Assembly (NCBI GenBank): GCA_031458695.1
Contig: JAVKJW010000001.1
Location: 192,001-256,000 of the forward strand
From: Candidatus Thermofontivivens primus
Lineage (GTDB): Bacteria; Sysuimicrobiota; Sysuimicrobiia; Sysuimicrobiales; Thermofontiviventaceae
DNA length: 64,000 nt
Reading direction: 5' to 3'
The notes under the pieces were generated by a model. That model searched no databases and was not told where the DNA came from. It saw nothing but the letters and a program-made list of their open reading frames with translations. Positions 30,946 to 41,567 of this stretch are shown here, one piece after another. Position 1 is the stretch's first letter. Each line of letters starts with the position of its first letter. The position numbers and the translations under genes were made by a program.

Positions 30946-31422
30946 ATGGAGGTGTGGGTGACCAACCTTCAGAACAAGGTGCCTGTGAGCACCGAGTTCA
31001 TCCGACGCGTGGTGGTCCGGGCGCTGAAGGAGCTCGGGTGCGAGGGAGAGGTAGAGGTAAGCGTGGCGCTTGTGGATGACGCGTATATCCAGGAACTGAA
31101 CCGTGAGTACCGGGGCGTCCACCAGCCAACCGATGTGCTCGGGTTCCCCCTGGAGGAGGAAGTGGATACCCCCATCCGCATGCTCGGGGATATTGTGATC
31201 TCCGTGGAGAGGGCTCGAGAACAGGCCCGCCAGTATAACCACTCCCTGCGGCGCGAGCTCGCCCTCCTGGCGATCCACGGCCTTCTCCACCTCCTTGGGT
31301 ACGAAGATGAGACCGATGAGGGGGCAGCGGTCATGTGGAGGCGGCAGAGGGCCTTGCTGGAAATCCTGGAGCGGGAGGGAATCCTGGAGCGGACCAGCCC
31401 GCCCAGGAGAGCAGCCCGATGA
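30946..31422 (+). CDS. ybeY: rRNA maturation RNase YbeY
   Basis: LNREYRG..PTDVLGF, LGDIVIS, HGLLHLLGYED. Confidence 0.95.
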   Translation: MEVWVTNLQNKVPVSTEFIRRVVVRALKELGCEGEVEVSVALVDDAYIQELNREYRGVHQPTDVLGFPLEEEVDTPIRMLGDIVISVERAREQARQYNHSLRRELALLAIHGLLHLLGYEDETDEGAAVMWRRQRALLEILEREGILERTSPPRRAAR

Positions 31423-31811
31423 ATAGGAGGGGAGGTTTGAGCGAGCACTTTCGCTTTGCCCTGGAAGGGCTGGCGCATGCGTTCCGAACACAACGAACTT
31501 TCCGCATCCAAGTTGGTATCGCAGCGGCTGTCCTCGTGCTCATCCTCCTCCTTCGCATCTCCTCTCTTCAAGCTGCTCTGCTCCTCTTGGCTATCTTCAC
31601 GGTCCTGGCCGGAGAGGTATTGAATACCGCCATCGAGGCGCTTGTGGACCTCTCCAGCCCCGAGCCCCACCCGAAGGCAAAGATTGCCAAAGACCTCGCG
31701 GCATCCGGAGTTCTCCTGCTGGCCATTGGCGCAGCCCTCGTGGGGATCCTCATCCTTGGCCCTCCCCTGTTGCGCTGGGTCAGAACGTTTTTCTCCCCTT
31801 CCGTCCCGTGA
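31419..31811 (+). CDS. dgkA: Diacylglycerol/undecaprenol kinase
   Basis: EVLNTAIEALVD, AKIAKDLAA. Confidence 0.92.
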   Translation: MNRRGGLSEHFRFALEGLAHAFRTQRTFRIQVGIAAAVLVLILLLRISSLQAALLLLAIFTVLAGEVLNTAIEALVDLSSPEPHPKAKIAKDLAASGVLLLAIGAALVGILILGPPLLRWVRTFFSPSVP

Positions 31812-31896
31812 TCTCCACATCCCTGGTTTGCAAGTTGGCAGGTTTCCAGAAAGCCTGCAATCTGAAAACCTGTAACCTGAAAACATGGAACAAGTT

Positions 31897-32787
31897 TTAT
31901 TCCTGGAGGCGGGGGTCGATGATGTCACGGAGCCCGTCCCCGAGCATGTTGAAGGCGAGGATAGTGATCATAATGGCCAGCCCGGGGAAGAGGGAGAGCC
32001 AGGGAGCGTAGGTGAGCTGGTCGATCCCCGATTGAACCATGTTCCCCCAGGTTGGGATGGGCGGGGGGACGCCTAGGCCAAGGAAGTTCAGGTTGGCCTC
32101 TACGCGGATGGCTGTGGCTGTCCACAAACTCCCCATCACAACGATCTCCCCCGCCACATTGGGCAGGATGTGGCGGAGGAGGATTTTCCAATCGCTGGAC
32201 CCAATCGCCCGCGCCGCTTCCACATACTCCTTCTCTTTGACCGCGAGGGCAGGACCATAGCTCAGCCGGGCAAACCGCGGGGTCATGACAATGCCAATGG
32301 CGATGATGAGGCGATCCAGGCCGGCCCCAAGCACTGCCAGGATCATGATTCCCAGGATCTCATCGGGGAAGGACATGAGGACATCCACCGCGCGCATAAT
32401 GAGAGCGCCAAGGGTTTTCCCTCGGTAGGCCGCGAGGAGCCCAAGGAGGGATCCGGCGATCATACCGAAGGCTACAGAGAGGATGCCCACGGCCAGGGAG
32501 ATCCGTGCACCCCAGATCAACCGGGAGAAGACGTCACGCCCATAACTATCTGTCCCCATGAGGTGGGTGCGTTCGGGAGGGGTGAGCCGGTAGAACACGT
32601 TCTGGGCTAGGGGATCGTAGGGGGCGATCCAGGGGGCGAACAGTGCAGTCATGACCACAAGGAGGGCAACCACCATCCCAGCCACCGCGGTCCTGTTCCG
32701 GAGAAACGTCCGCCACCTCCTTCGCCTTGGCCGCTCCTTTACGGCCCATTCAGGGATCGCCCTTGTGCTTACCAGTTCGTCAGTCAT
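31897..32787 (-). CDS. Peptide/nickel ABC transporter permease (DppC-like)
   Basis: HLMGTDSYGRDVFSRL, EYVEAARAIG, FLGLG..PTWG. Confidence 0.93.
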   Translation of the reverse strand: MTDELVSTRAIPEWAVKERPRRRRWRTFLRNRTAVAGMVVALLVVMTALFAPWIAPYDPLAQNVFYRLTPPERTHLMGTDSYGRDVFSRLIWGARISLAVGILSVAFGMIAGSLLGLLAAYRGKTLGALIMRAVDVLMSFPDEILGIMILAVLGAGLDRLIIAIGIVMTPRFARLSYGPALAVKEKEYVEAARAIGSSDWKILLRHILPNVAGEIVVMGSLWTATAIRVEANLNFLGLGVPPPIPTWGNMVQSGIDQLTYAPWLSLFPGLAIMITILAFNMLGDGLRDIIDPRLQE

Positions 32788-33721
32788 ATCGGATCCTGGG
32801 GTCTACAAGCCCGTAGAGAAGATCGGTCAAGAGGTTGAGGAGCACAGCGAACGCTGCATAGATCACCATCACCGATTGCAGGACAGCATAATCCCGTTGC
32901 TTCATGGCTGTGAGCATGATCTTCCCAAGGCCTGGCCGGGAGAAGACGATCTCCACCATCACCGAGCTTCCCAAGAGGACGATGGAGTAGATTCCGATAA
33001 TCGAGATGATGGGGATCAACGCCGACCGGAGAGCGTGGCGGTAGAGGACTACCTGCTCGCGGAGCCCCTTGGCCCTCGCCGTGCGGATATAGTCCTCCCG
33101 CAGGACGTTGAGCATGGCCGAGCGGGTCATGCGGGTTACATAGGCAGTCATGACCAACCCGAGAGCAAGTCCGGGAAGGGTGAGGTGGAAGAGCCTGTCC
33201 ATGAGGTTTCCCGGACTCCCTGCGCCAAGGGTGGGGAAGAGGTTGAGCTTGATGGAGAGGAGATACATGAGGAGGATCCCCAGAAAGAATGCTGGGACGG
33301 AGAGGCCGGCCAGGGAGAACGTCCTCCCTAGGTAGTCTACGAAACTATTCCGGCGAACAGCGGTGAGGACTCCCAGGGGGACTCCAAAGAGAGCTCCCAG
33401 GAAGATCCCACTTGCAGTGAGCTCCAGGGTGTAGGGAAGGGCGGCGCGCACCTGCTCGGCAACAGGGACACCGCTGATGAGGGATTCGCCAAGGTTCCCG
33501 CGGAGGAGGTCACTGAGAAAGCTGAGGTATTGGATCCAAAGAGGCCGATTGAGTCCCATGCGCTCGCGGAAGGCCTGGAGAGTTTCCTCAGAGGCGTACT
33601 GTCCAAGGATTACAACGGCCGGGTCGCCCGGGGCCACGCGCAGGAGGAGAAAGACGAGCGTGAGGACCGTGAGTAGGGTAGGGATGGCGAGCAAGATGCG
33701 GCGGACGATATATCTGGCCAT
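32780..33721 (-). CDS. Peptide/nickel ABC transporter permease (DppB-like)
   Basis: APGDPA, DYIRTARAKGL, VDPRIR. Confidence 0.93.
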   Translation of the reverse strand: MARYIVRRILLAIPTLLTVLTLVFLLLRVAPGDPAVVILGQYASEETLQAFRERMGLNRPLWIQYLSFLSDLLRGNLGESLISGVPVAEQVRAALPYTLELTASGIFLGALFGVPLGVLTAVRRNSFVDYLGRTFSLAGLSVPAFFLGILLMYLLSIKLNLFPTLGAGSPGNLMDRLFHLTLPGLALGLVMTAYVTRMTRSAMLNVLREDYIRTARAKGLREQVVLYRHALRSALIPIISIIGIYSIVLLGSSVMVEIVFSRPGLGKIMLTAMKQRDYAVLQSVMVIYAAFAVLLNLLTDLLYGLVDPRIRYD

Positions 33722-33732
33722 TGAGAATTCTC

Positions 33733-33761
33733 CGGGGGCAGGCCTCAAAGGCCTGCCCCCG
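33733..33761. repeat. Perfect 13-bp hairpin between SBP and permease genes
   Basis: CGGGGGCAGGCCT-CAA-AGGCCTGCCCCCG. Confidence 0.85.
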
Positions 33762-33772
33762 CTGGTTCCACC

Positions 33773-35362
33773 TTACCTCCTTACGATCCTGGTGGTCTCA
33801 TCGATCTGCGGATAGAGAGCCAAGATGGATTTGAGCCGGTGTCCCCAATCCACAGAGGGCTTCCGGGCATACACGAATTTCGAGACGAACAATGGGTAAG
33901 CCGCCAGGTCACGGAGGATCTGGAGCTGAGCCTCCTTCCACAAACGTACCTGCTCCTTGGGGTCGGTGGCCTCTCGTGCGCGCTCGATGAGACGGTCCAC
34001 CCGGCTATAGTGGGAGAAGTTAGTAATGGGTGCCTTCCCTACTCGCACCGTGGAGGCGGAGTGGTAGAACTGGGTCAGGAAGATGTCCGCGCTCGGGCGC
34101 ATGGCCACGTAAAGGACAATGGGGCTCAAGTCCTGGCGGATCTGGGCGTGGAAGGTGGCGTGGTCCACGACCTTGAGATTCAGGTTGATCCCCACGGTCC
34201 GGAGCTGGGCCTGGATGTTCTCCATGGGCCTGCGGTACTGGGCCCGTTCGGAGATAATGACGTCAAGGGAGAACCCTCCTGGGAGACCTTCCTCCCTGAG
34301 CAGCTGCTTAGCATAGTCGCGGTTGGTGGGATAGGCAAGACCCGCCTCGGTCACTTCCTTCTCCGTGAGACCTCCGGGGAGCTCAGGAGGAACAGGGGAG
34401 AAGAGCGGGGTGGCGATGGCGGGCCCAACGAAGGCGACAAGCTCCTTCCGGCTCAAAGCGTGGGCGATCGCCTGGCGTACCCTGAGCCTCTTCAAGGGCT
34501 CCTGGGTGATGTTGAAGTGAAGGGTGGCGGTTTCCCCAGGACCGAACACATCCACCACGGTGTTGGGGACCTTCCGCATCTTCTCCACCCAAGGCTGCTC
34601 CATGGGCCCTTCAATGGCGTCCAACTCCCCACGCTGGAGGGCGAACTCCCGGCTGCTCAGGTCCGGCATATACCAGACCTCAACGCGCTCCAGGATGGGC
34701 TTCCCGCGGAAGTACCGGTCGTTGCGCACAAGCACCGTCTTCTGTCCTGGGACGTACTCGCTGAACATGAAGGGTCCTGTTCCAACGGGGCGCGTCTTGA
34801 ACCTATCACCAAGGGCTTCCACGGCGCGCTTGCAGACGATGAACCCGCCAGAGTAGTTGGTCAGGTAGCGTTCGGGGTTCGGGACGCGGCGCTTGAGGGT
34901 AACACGGACGGTGTACTTGTCCACCGCGGTGGCCGTGAAGGGTGCCATATCTCCGGCATAGGCGGAAGTCGCAGGCGTCGCAGATTTGGCGATGGAGTAG
35001 ACGACATCCTCGCTGGTCAGCTCGTATCCCTCCGGTGCCCCTGGGAAGGGGTGGCAGCGTACGCCCTGACGGAGGGTGAAGGTGAGGGTCATCCCGTCGC
35101 TGGAGACCTCATAACGGCTGGCCAGGTCAGGTTCGACCTGGGAGATGTCCCCGGGCTTGAACCGCAAAAGGCCGTTGAAGACCATATCGACCACGGCCCG
35201 ATCCATGGTCGCAGAAGCCATATGCGGGTCGAGGGTTCTCAGGTCGCCGGCATCGAACCCAATGCGCAGGACCTGCCGCTCGGCCAGCTGGGCCTGGGAG
35301 GGAATGGTTGGGCTCACGAGGAGGAGAGCGACGAATAACCCTGCCAGGAGTCTCCGTGCCAT
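33773..35362 (-). CDS. ABC transporter family-5 substrate-binding protein
   Basis: Signal peptide, TLDPH, PDLA..YEVSSDG, PVGTGPF, RVRQAIA. Confidence 0.92.
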   Translation of the reverse strand: MARRLLAGLFVALLLVSPTIPSQAQLAERQVLRIGFDAGDLRTLDPHMASATMDRAVVDMVFNGLLRFKPGDISQVEPDLASRYEVSSDGMTLTFTLRQGVRCHPFPGAPEGYELTSEDVVYSIAKSATPATSAYAGDMAPFTATAVDKYTVRVTLKRRVPNPERYLTNYSGGFIVCKRAVEALGDRFKTRPVGTGPFMFSEYVPGQKTVLVRNDRYFRGKPILERVEVWYMPDLSSREFALQRGELDAIEGPMEQPWVEKMRKVPNTVVDVFGPGETATLHFNITQEPLKRLRVRQAIAHALSRKELVAFVGPAIATPLFSPVPPELPGGLTEKEVTEAGLAYPTNRDYAKQLLREEGLPGGFSLDVIISERAQYRRPMENIQAQLRTVGINLNLKVVDHATFHAQIRQDLSPIVLYVAMRPSADIFLTQFYHSASTVRVGKAPITNFSHYSRVDRLIERAREATDPKEQVRLWKEAQLQILRDLAAYPLFVSKFVYARKPSVDWGHRLKSILALYPQIDETTRIVRR

Positions 35363-35525
35363 AGTCCACCTCCTTTTGGATCTGACCGCAGAGCCTGTGC
35401 CCGGTACCGCCATGTGAGCTAAGCCAACTGTTGGATTCGCTTGGGAGAAAGGGAGTTCCTTCACAGGGTCCTCCCCTGAGGACCCAGGCAAAAGCCCAAA
35501 GACCTTTAGGAGTGCCGAGGACACG

Positions 35526-37487
35526 CTAACGGAACAAGGGCGCGAACACTAGGGAGACGACGGTCATCAGCTTAATCAGGATGTTCAGAGCAGGGCCCGC
35601 CGTGTCCTTGAAGGGATCGCCCACTGTGTCGCCGATGACGCTGGCTTTATGCGCGTCGCTCCCCTTTCCACCGAGGTTCCCTTCCTCGATGAACTTCTTC
35701 GCGTTGTCCCACGCCCCCCCAGCGTTGGCGAGGTAGAGGGCAAGGGGGACGCCTGTCACAATGGCTCCTGCGAGGAGGCCACCCACGCTTTCCCGCCCAA
35801 GCGTAAGCCCCACGAGGATGGGGATGATCACAGCGCTCAGGCCTGGAAGGACCATCTCCTTAAGCGCCCCCTGGGTGGCGATCCCTACACAGGAGGCGTA
35901 ATCCGGCTTCGCCCGGCCTTCCAACAACCCAGGGACCTCCCGGAACTGACGGCGGACCTCCTCCACCATGATATGGGCTGTCCGGCCCACGGCGCGCATG
36001 GCCATGGCTGCAAACATGAAGGGGATGATCCCTCCCATGAATAGGCCGGTGATCACCTCTGGATCCATGACATTGATGGTTTCCAGGCGTGCGGCCTGCC
36101 GGTAGAAGAAGAACAGGGCGAGGGCGGTGAGGGCGGCCGAACCAATGGCAAATCCCTTGGCGATGGCTGCAGTGGTGTTCCCTGCAGCATCGAGGGAGTC
36201 GGCCACGCGCCGCGTCTCCGACCCGAGGTGGGCCATCTCGGCGATCCCCGCGGCATTGTCGGCGATGGGGCCGTAGGCATCGACGGAAACGGTCATCCCT
36301 GTAATGGAGAGCATGCCGATGGCGGCAACGGCGATCCCATAGAAGTCTGCCAGCCGGAAGGCGAACAAGCTGGCCAGGGCGAGCACCACAAGGGGGGCAA
36401 GGGTGCTCAACATCCCCACGGCGGTTCCTCCAATGATGACCGTGGCTGGCCCTGTTCTCGCCTGGTCCGCAAGCCACTGGACCACCCTTCCAGAAGTGTA
36501 GTACTCGGCAGTCAGCCCGATGACGATGCCGGCGAGGAGCCCAAGGAAGGTCGCCCAGAAGACCCGCACATCTCCGAAAAAGAACCGCACGAGGATGTAG
36601 GATGCAATGGCCATGAGAATGGCGCTTGCGAAGGTCCCCCGTCGCAGGGCGGCTTGAGGGTCCCTGGCCACTCCCGCCCCCACGAAGAACGTCCCCAGGA
36701 TCGAGCTGAAAATGCCCGCTGCGGCGAGCAAGAGGGCGAGGACTGCACCCTGGCTCCCGCGTGTGGCCAGCCCGATGGCGAGCCCGGCGATCACGGACCC
36801 CACATAGGACTCAAACAGGTCTGCCCCCATCCCAGCGACGTCTCCGACGTTATCCCCCACTGCGTCGGCGATGACCGCAGGGTTGCGGGGATCATCCTCC
36901 GGGATCCCCGCTTCCACCTTCCCCACGAGGTCGGCGCCCACATCCGCGGCTTTTGTATAGATCCCGCCCCCTACGCGGGCGAACAGGGCAACGGAGCTTG
37001 CCCCGAGGGAGAACCCGATAACCTCGCCGGGGTCCCTGTAGATCCAGTAAAGGATCCCTACGCCCAGGAGCCCTAGGCCCACCACTGTCATCCCCATGAC
37101 TGCGCCACCTGGGAAGGCTACCCGGATTGCCTCGCTCAATCCCGACTGGGCAGCCCTTGCTGTGCGCGCGTTGGCGCGCGTAGCGATCTGCATACCGAAG
37201 AATCCTGCGCTAACGGAACAGGCGGCGCCAATCACGAAAGCCAGGGCGGTGCGCCAGGAAATCCCAGGGGTGATTCCCGTGGCCAGGACAATGAACATGA
37301 CGAGGACGAAAATGGCGATGGCCCTGTATTCCCGGTTCAGGAAGGCCATGGCCCCCTCGTGGATGGCGTCAGAGATCGCCACCATCTCAGGGGTTCCTCT
37401 CTCTCGCCGGCTGACTCCAAGGGACAAAATCGCGGCGTAGCCGAGGGCCACAACTCCAGCAATGGGCCCCCACCACGTCAGTTCCAT
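35526..37487 (-). CDS. hppA: Membrane-bound K+-dependent (likely Na+-translocating) pyrophosphatase
   Basis: [44 protein letters not shown]. Confidence 0.96.
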   Translation of the reverse strand: MELTWWGPIAGVVALGYAAILSLGVSRRERGTPEMVAISDAIHEGAMAFLNREYRAIAIFVLVMFIVLATGITPGISWRTALAFVIGAACSVSAGFFGMQIATRANARTARAAQSGLSEAIRVAFPGGAVMGMTVVGLGLLGVGILYWIYRDPGEVIGFSLGASSVALFARVGGGIYTKAADVGADLVGKVEAGIPEDDPRNPAVIADAVGDNVGDVAGMGADLFESYVGSVIAGLAIGLATRGSQGAVLALLLAAAGIFSSILGTFFVGAGVARDPQAALRRGTFASAILMAIASYILVRFFFGDVRVFWATFLGLLAGIVIGLTAEYYTSGRVVQWLADQARTGPATVIIGGTAVGMLSTLAPLVVLALASLFAFRLADFYGIAVAAIGMLSITGMTVSVDAYGPIADNAAGIAEMAHLGSETRRVADSLDAAGNTTAAIAKGFAIGSAALTALALFFFYRQAARLETINVMDPEVITGLFMGGIIPFMFAAMAMRAVGRTAHIMVEEVRRQFREVPGLLEGRAKPDYASCVGIATQGALKEMVLPGLSAVIIPILVGLTLGRESVGGLLAGAIVTGVPLALYLANAGGAWDNAKKFIEEGNLGGKGSDAHKASVIGDTVGDPFKDTAGPALNILIKLMTVVSLVFAPLFR

Positions 37488-37539
37488 CTCCTCTCCTCAC
37501 CCCCTCTCTTTGTCCTACAGTCGCTTCCCCATTCTCATC

Positions 37540-38637
37540 CTAGAAAAACGCCCAGGTCTTGGGGATGAACAACTGCTCAGCCATGCGGATGGCGTAGCGG
37601 TCGGTCATCCCTGCGAGGAAGTCGCAAACCACCCGCCTTCGTTCCTCTCCCTCCTCGATCAGCGCCCTATACTCTTCGGAGATCGCCTCTGGATGGTTGA
37701 GGTAGTACTCGAAGAGGCGAACGAGGAGGCCCTGGGCTTTATCCACCTCTGCCTTGGCCTCAGAACCCATATACACGTGCTCGGTGAGGAAATCCTTCAG
37801 GATATTCAGGGCCTTCCGAACCTCCTCACTCATCTGGATCACAGGCTGGTCGGTGCTCGCGTGGACGAGGTCCTTCACCAAGGTGTCGAGCCACTTGCCC
37901 CGGGTCTCCCCGAGGACTCTTTTCACCTCTCCGGGGACGTCCTCTTCGCGGAGAATGCGCGCTCGGATCGCGTCATCCGTGTCGTGGTGCACATAGGCGA
38001 TCCGATCGGCGATCCGGGCGATCTGGCCCTCCAGGGTCGAAGGGAGACCTTCCTCTGCGAGCTCCCCCAAGGGTTCGAGGTCCCTGAGACCCTTGGAGTG
38101 ACCGCGGATACCGTCTAAGACCTCCCACGTGAGGTTCAGCCCACGCACCACTGTGCCGTCAGAGCGGCGCCGCGTCTCTAGGATCTGCACAACCCGCAGG
38201 CTCTGCTCATAGTGGCGGAACCCTCCATGGTCTGCCATGAGTCGATCGAGAATCTCCTCTCCGGCATGTCCGAAGGGAGGGTGGCCCAGGTCATGGGCGA
38301 GGACGATGGCCTCGGTGAGGTCCTCGTTCAACCGCAGGGCACGGGCAATGGTGCGGGCGATCTGGGCAACTTCCAAGGTGTGGGTGAGGCGGGTTCTGTA
38401 GTGGTCCCCTTCTGGGGCGATGAAGACCTGGGTCTTGTGCTTGAGGCGGCGGAAGGCCTTAGAGTGGAGGACCCGGTCGCGATCCCGCTGGAAGCACGTG
38501 CGGAGCTCATCCTCCTCTTCGGGGATCGTCCTCCCTCGCGACTTGCAGGCCAGGGTGGCAAAAGGGGAAAGGTGTTGCCTCTCCCACTCCTCCCATCGCT
38601 CCCGAGGTTGCAATCCGCCCCACCTGCCTTGATGCAT
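37540..38637 (-). CDS. dgt: Deoxyguanosinetriphosphate triphosphohydrolase
   Basis: FQRDRDR, KTQVF, RTRLTH, HDLGHPPFGHAGE. Confidence 0.95.
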   Translation of the reverse strand: MHQGRWGGLQPRERWEEWERQHLSPFATLACKSRGRTIPEEEDELRTCFQRDRDRVLHSKAFRRLKHKTQVFIAPEGDHYRTRLTHTLEVAQIARTIARALRLNEDLTEAIVLAHDLGHPPFGHAGEEILDRLMADHGGFRHYEQSLRVVQILETRRRSDGTVVRGLNLTWEVLDGIRGHSKGLRDLEPLGELAEEGLPSTLEGQIARIADRIAYVHHDTDDAIRARILREEDVPGEVKRVLGETRGKWLDTLVKDLVHASTDQPVIQMSEEVRKALNILKDFLTEHVYMGSEAKAEVDKAQGLLVRLFEYYLNHPEAISEEYRALIEEGEERRRVVCDFLAGMTDRYAIRMAEQLFIPKTWAFF

Positions 38638-38677
38638 CCACCGGAAAAAGGGAACTTGTCGGCGCTTCTCCGGTGCC

Positions 38678-41374
38678 CTACACGTCCTTTCTTACCATGA
38701 TCCTGTCTCGAAGCGTAGCCTGGGCAGCGGCCAAGCGGGCGACGGGGACACGGTAAGGCGAGCAGCTCACGTAGTCCATGCCGAGCTGGTGACAAAGCTC
38801 AATGGATGCAGGGTCTCCGCCATGCTCGCCGCAGATCCCCACTTCCAGATCCGGCCGGGTCTTGCGCCCAAGCTCGATTCCCATGCGCATGAGCTTTCCC
38901 ACGCCCTCTCGGTCCAGGACCTGGAAGGGGTCCTCCTTGAGGATCCCCTTCTGGATGTAGGCGTGCAGGAACTTCCCCTCGGCATCGTCGCGGCTGAACC
39001 CGAACACCGTCTGGGTGAGGTCATTCGTCCCGAAAGAGAAGAACTCGGCGATCTCGGCGATCTCATCGGCGGTAAGGGCGGCGCGGGGGATCTCGATCAT
39101 CGTTCCGAACATGTACTTCAACTCCACCCCGGCCTCCTGGATGATCTCCTCGGCGATGGCCCGCAATTGCTCATGGATGACCCGCAGCTCATTGATGTGC
39201 CCTACGAGGGGGATCATCACCTCCGGGATGACTTTCACACCTTCCTTCACTAGCTCAGTGGCCGCCTGGAAGATGGCCCGGACCTGCATCTCATAGATCT
39301 CCGGGTAGAGGATCCCCAACCGGCACCCCCGGAGGCCTAGCATGGGGTTGAACTCATGAAGGGCCCGGACGCGGCGTAATAGCTTTTCCTTCCGCTCTAG
39401 CTCCTCAGGCCGGTCGCCTCGGATGCGCAGCTCCGTCACCTCCACGAGGAGGTCCTCCAGCCTGGGGAGGAACTCGTGGAGGGGCGGGTCGAGGAGACGG
39501 ATGATCACAGGGAGACCCTCCATCTCTCGGAAGATCCCTTTGAAGTCCTCCTTCTGGATAGGGAGGAGTCTTTCAAGCGCGGCGGCTCGCTCTTCCTTGG
39601 TGGCCGCCATGATCATCTCCTGGACAATGGGCAGGCGGTCTGGCTCCATGAACATGTGTTCGGTGCGGCACAGCCCGATGCCCTCGGCTCCGTATTCCCT
39701 GGCCTTCTTCGCATCCCGCGGATAGTCCGCATTCGCCCGCACACCCAGTCGGCGGACTTCATCGGCCCAAGAGAGGAGTTCCATGACTTCTCCGGAGAGT
39801 TGTGGCTCGATGACGGGGGCCTCGCCGAGCATCACCTCCCCCGTGCTCCCGTCGATGGTCAGGAGGTCTCCTTCCCGGACGACGATCTCATCCACCCGGA
39901 ACTCCCGCCTGACCAGGTCGATGGAAATAGCCTCCGCTCCGACAACGGCGGGCTTACCCATTCCGCGGGAGACGATGGCCGCGTGGCTGGTCATCCCTCC
40001 GCGGCTCGTCAGCACACCCTGGGCGGCGGCGAGGCCGTGGATGTCATCGGGGTTCGTCTCGGGACGGACCAGGATCACCTTGTGCCCGTCCCTCCCGAGC
40101 GCTTCTGCCTGGTCGGCATCAAACACGGCGATCCCGGATGCCGCTCCAGGGGAAGCGGGAAGTCCCTTGGCGATGACCTTGGGCTTGTGCAGAGGATCGA
40201 TGGAGGGGTGGAGGAGCTTGGCCAGATCTTCGGGGTCGACCCGCATGAGGGCTTCTTCCTTGGTGATCAACCCCTCCTTGACCATGTCCACGGCGATCTT
40301 CACCGCTGCCTGGGCAGTGCGCTTCCCTGTCCGCGTCTGCAGTAACCAGAGCTTTCCCCGCTCGATGGTGAACTCTAGGTCCTGGACGTCGCGATAGTGG
40401 CGTTCGAGGAGATCGCAGACCTCGAGGAACTGGCGGTACACTTGAGGGTTCTCCTGCGCGAGGTCGCGAATCGGCTTGGGGGTGCGAATCCCGGCGACGA
40501 CATCCTCGCCCTGGGCGTTCATCAGGTACTCCCCATAGACCTCCTTCTCTCCTGTGGCGGGATTCCGGGTGAATGCCACGCCGGTCCCAGAGTCCTCTCC
40601 CATGTTCCCGAAGACCATGGTCTGGATGTTCACGGCCGTGCCGAGGTCATGGGGGATCTTGTTGAGATTTCGATAGGTGATGGCCCGGGGGTTGTTCCAG
40701 GACTCAAACACAGCGCGGATAGCCATCTCCAGCTGCTCCCAGGGATCTGCAGGGAAATCCTTCCCTGTCTCCTCCCGGATGATGCGCTTGTATTCTTCCA
40801 CAACCTCCTTGAGATCGGAGGCATCCAATTCGGTGTCCAGCTTGACTCCCTTACGTGTCTTGATTCCGCTGAGCGCCTCCTCGAAGCGCTCGTGCTTGAT
40901 CCCCAGGACCACGTTGCCGAACATCTGCAGGAACCTCCTGTAGGAGTCATAGGCAAAGCGGGGGTTCCCGGTGAGGTTCGCAAGGCCTTCCGTGGTCTGG
41001 TCGTTGAGCCCCAGGTTCAGCACCGTATCCATCATCCCTGGCATGGAGAACTTCGCCCCAGATCGCACTGAGACGAGGAGAGGGTTTGCAGGATCCCCAA
41101 AGCGCTTCCCTGTTCTCTCCTCGAGGATGCGGAGCTTCTCCCGGACTTCCTCCATGAGGCCCTCGGGCAATTTCCTGCCTAATCGGTAGTACTCGTTGCA
41201 GACCTCCGTCGTGATGGTGAACCCTGGGGGGACGGGGAGGCCGATCCGGCTCATCTCCGCGAGGCCTGCACCTTTCCCACCTAAGAGGTCCCGCATCTCC
41301 GCGTTTCCTTCCTCGAACATGTAGATGCGCTTCACTGGTGTAGCGGGTTTTGCAGTGGACTTCTTCTTGGCCAT
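38678..41374 (-). CDS. ppdK: Pyruvate, phosphate dikinase
   Basis: LGGKGAGL, SMPGMMDT, RGGMTSHAA, GLCRTEHMF, FSFGTNDLTQ, GICGEHGG. Confidence 0.99.
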   Translation of the reverse strand: MAKKKSTAKPATPVKRIYMFEEGNAEMRDLLGGKGAGLAEMSRIGLPVPPGFTITTEVCNEYYRLGRKLPEGLMEEVREKLRILEERTGKRFGDPANPLLVSVRSGAKFSMPGMMDTVLNLGLNDQTTEGLANLTGNPRFAYDSYRRFLQMFGNVVLGIKHERFEEALSGIKTRKGVKLDTELDASDLKEVVEEYKRIIREETGKDFPADPWEQLEMAIRAVFESWNNPRAITYRNLNKIPHDLGTAVNIQTMVFGNMGEDSGTGVAFTRNPATGEKEVYGEYLMNAQGEDVVAGIRTPKPIRDLAQENPQVYRQFLEVCDLLERHYRDVQDLEFTIERGKLWLLQTRTGKRTAQAAVKIAVDMVKEGLITKEEALMRVDPEDLAKLLHPSIDPLHKPKVIAKGLPASPGAASGIAVFDADQAEALGRDGHKVILVRPETNPDDIHGLAAAQGVLTSRGGMTSHAAIVSRGMGKPAVVGAEAISIDLVRREFRVDEIVVREGDLLTIDGSTGEVMLGEAPVIEPQLSGEVMELLSWADEVRRLGVRANADYPRDAKKAREYGAEGIGLCRTEHMFMEPDRLPIVQEMIMAATKEERAAALERLLPIQKEDFKGIFREMEGLPVIIRLLDPPLHEFLPRLEDLLVEVTELRIRGDRPEELERKEKLLRRVRALHEFNPMLGLRGCRLGILYPEIYEMQVRAIFQAATELVKEGVKVIPEVMIPLVGHINELRVIHEQLRAIAEEIIQEAGVELKYMFGTMIEIPRAALTADEIAEIAEFFSFGTNDLTQTVFGFSRDDAEGKFLHAYIQKGILKEDPFQVLDREGVGKLMRMGIELGRKTRPDLEVGICGEHGGDPASIELCHQLGMDYVSCSPYRVPVARLAAAQATLRDRIMVRKDV

Positions 41375-41567
41375 GCTTTCACCTACTTCCCCTGGGATAT
41401 GGCACATAGGGCTGGGAGATGCCCAGACCACTTATCATCTCGTAGATTACCACAATTGGCCCGTTCGTTGTAGAGGCAGGCCCCCGGCGTCTGCACTCGT
41501 AGACTTTCAGTACCCCGGCAAAGGCCTTCCTAGCTTTTGCCGTAAGCCCCACAAGGGGTAGTTCCTG

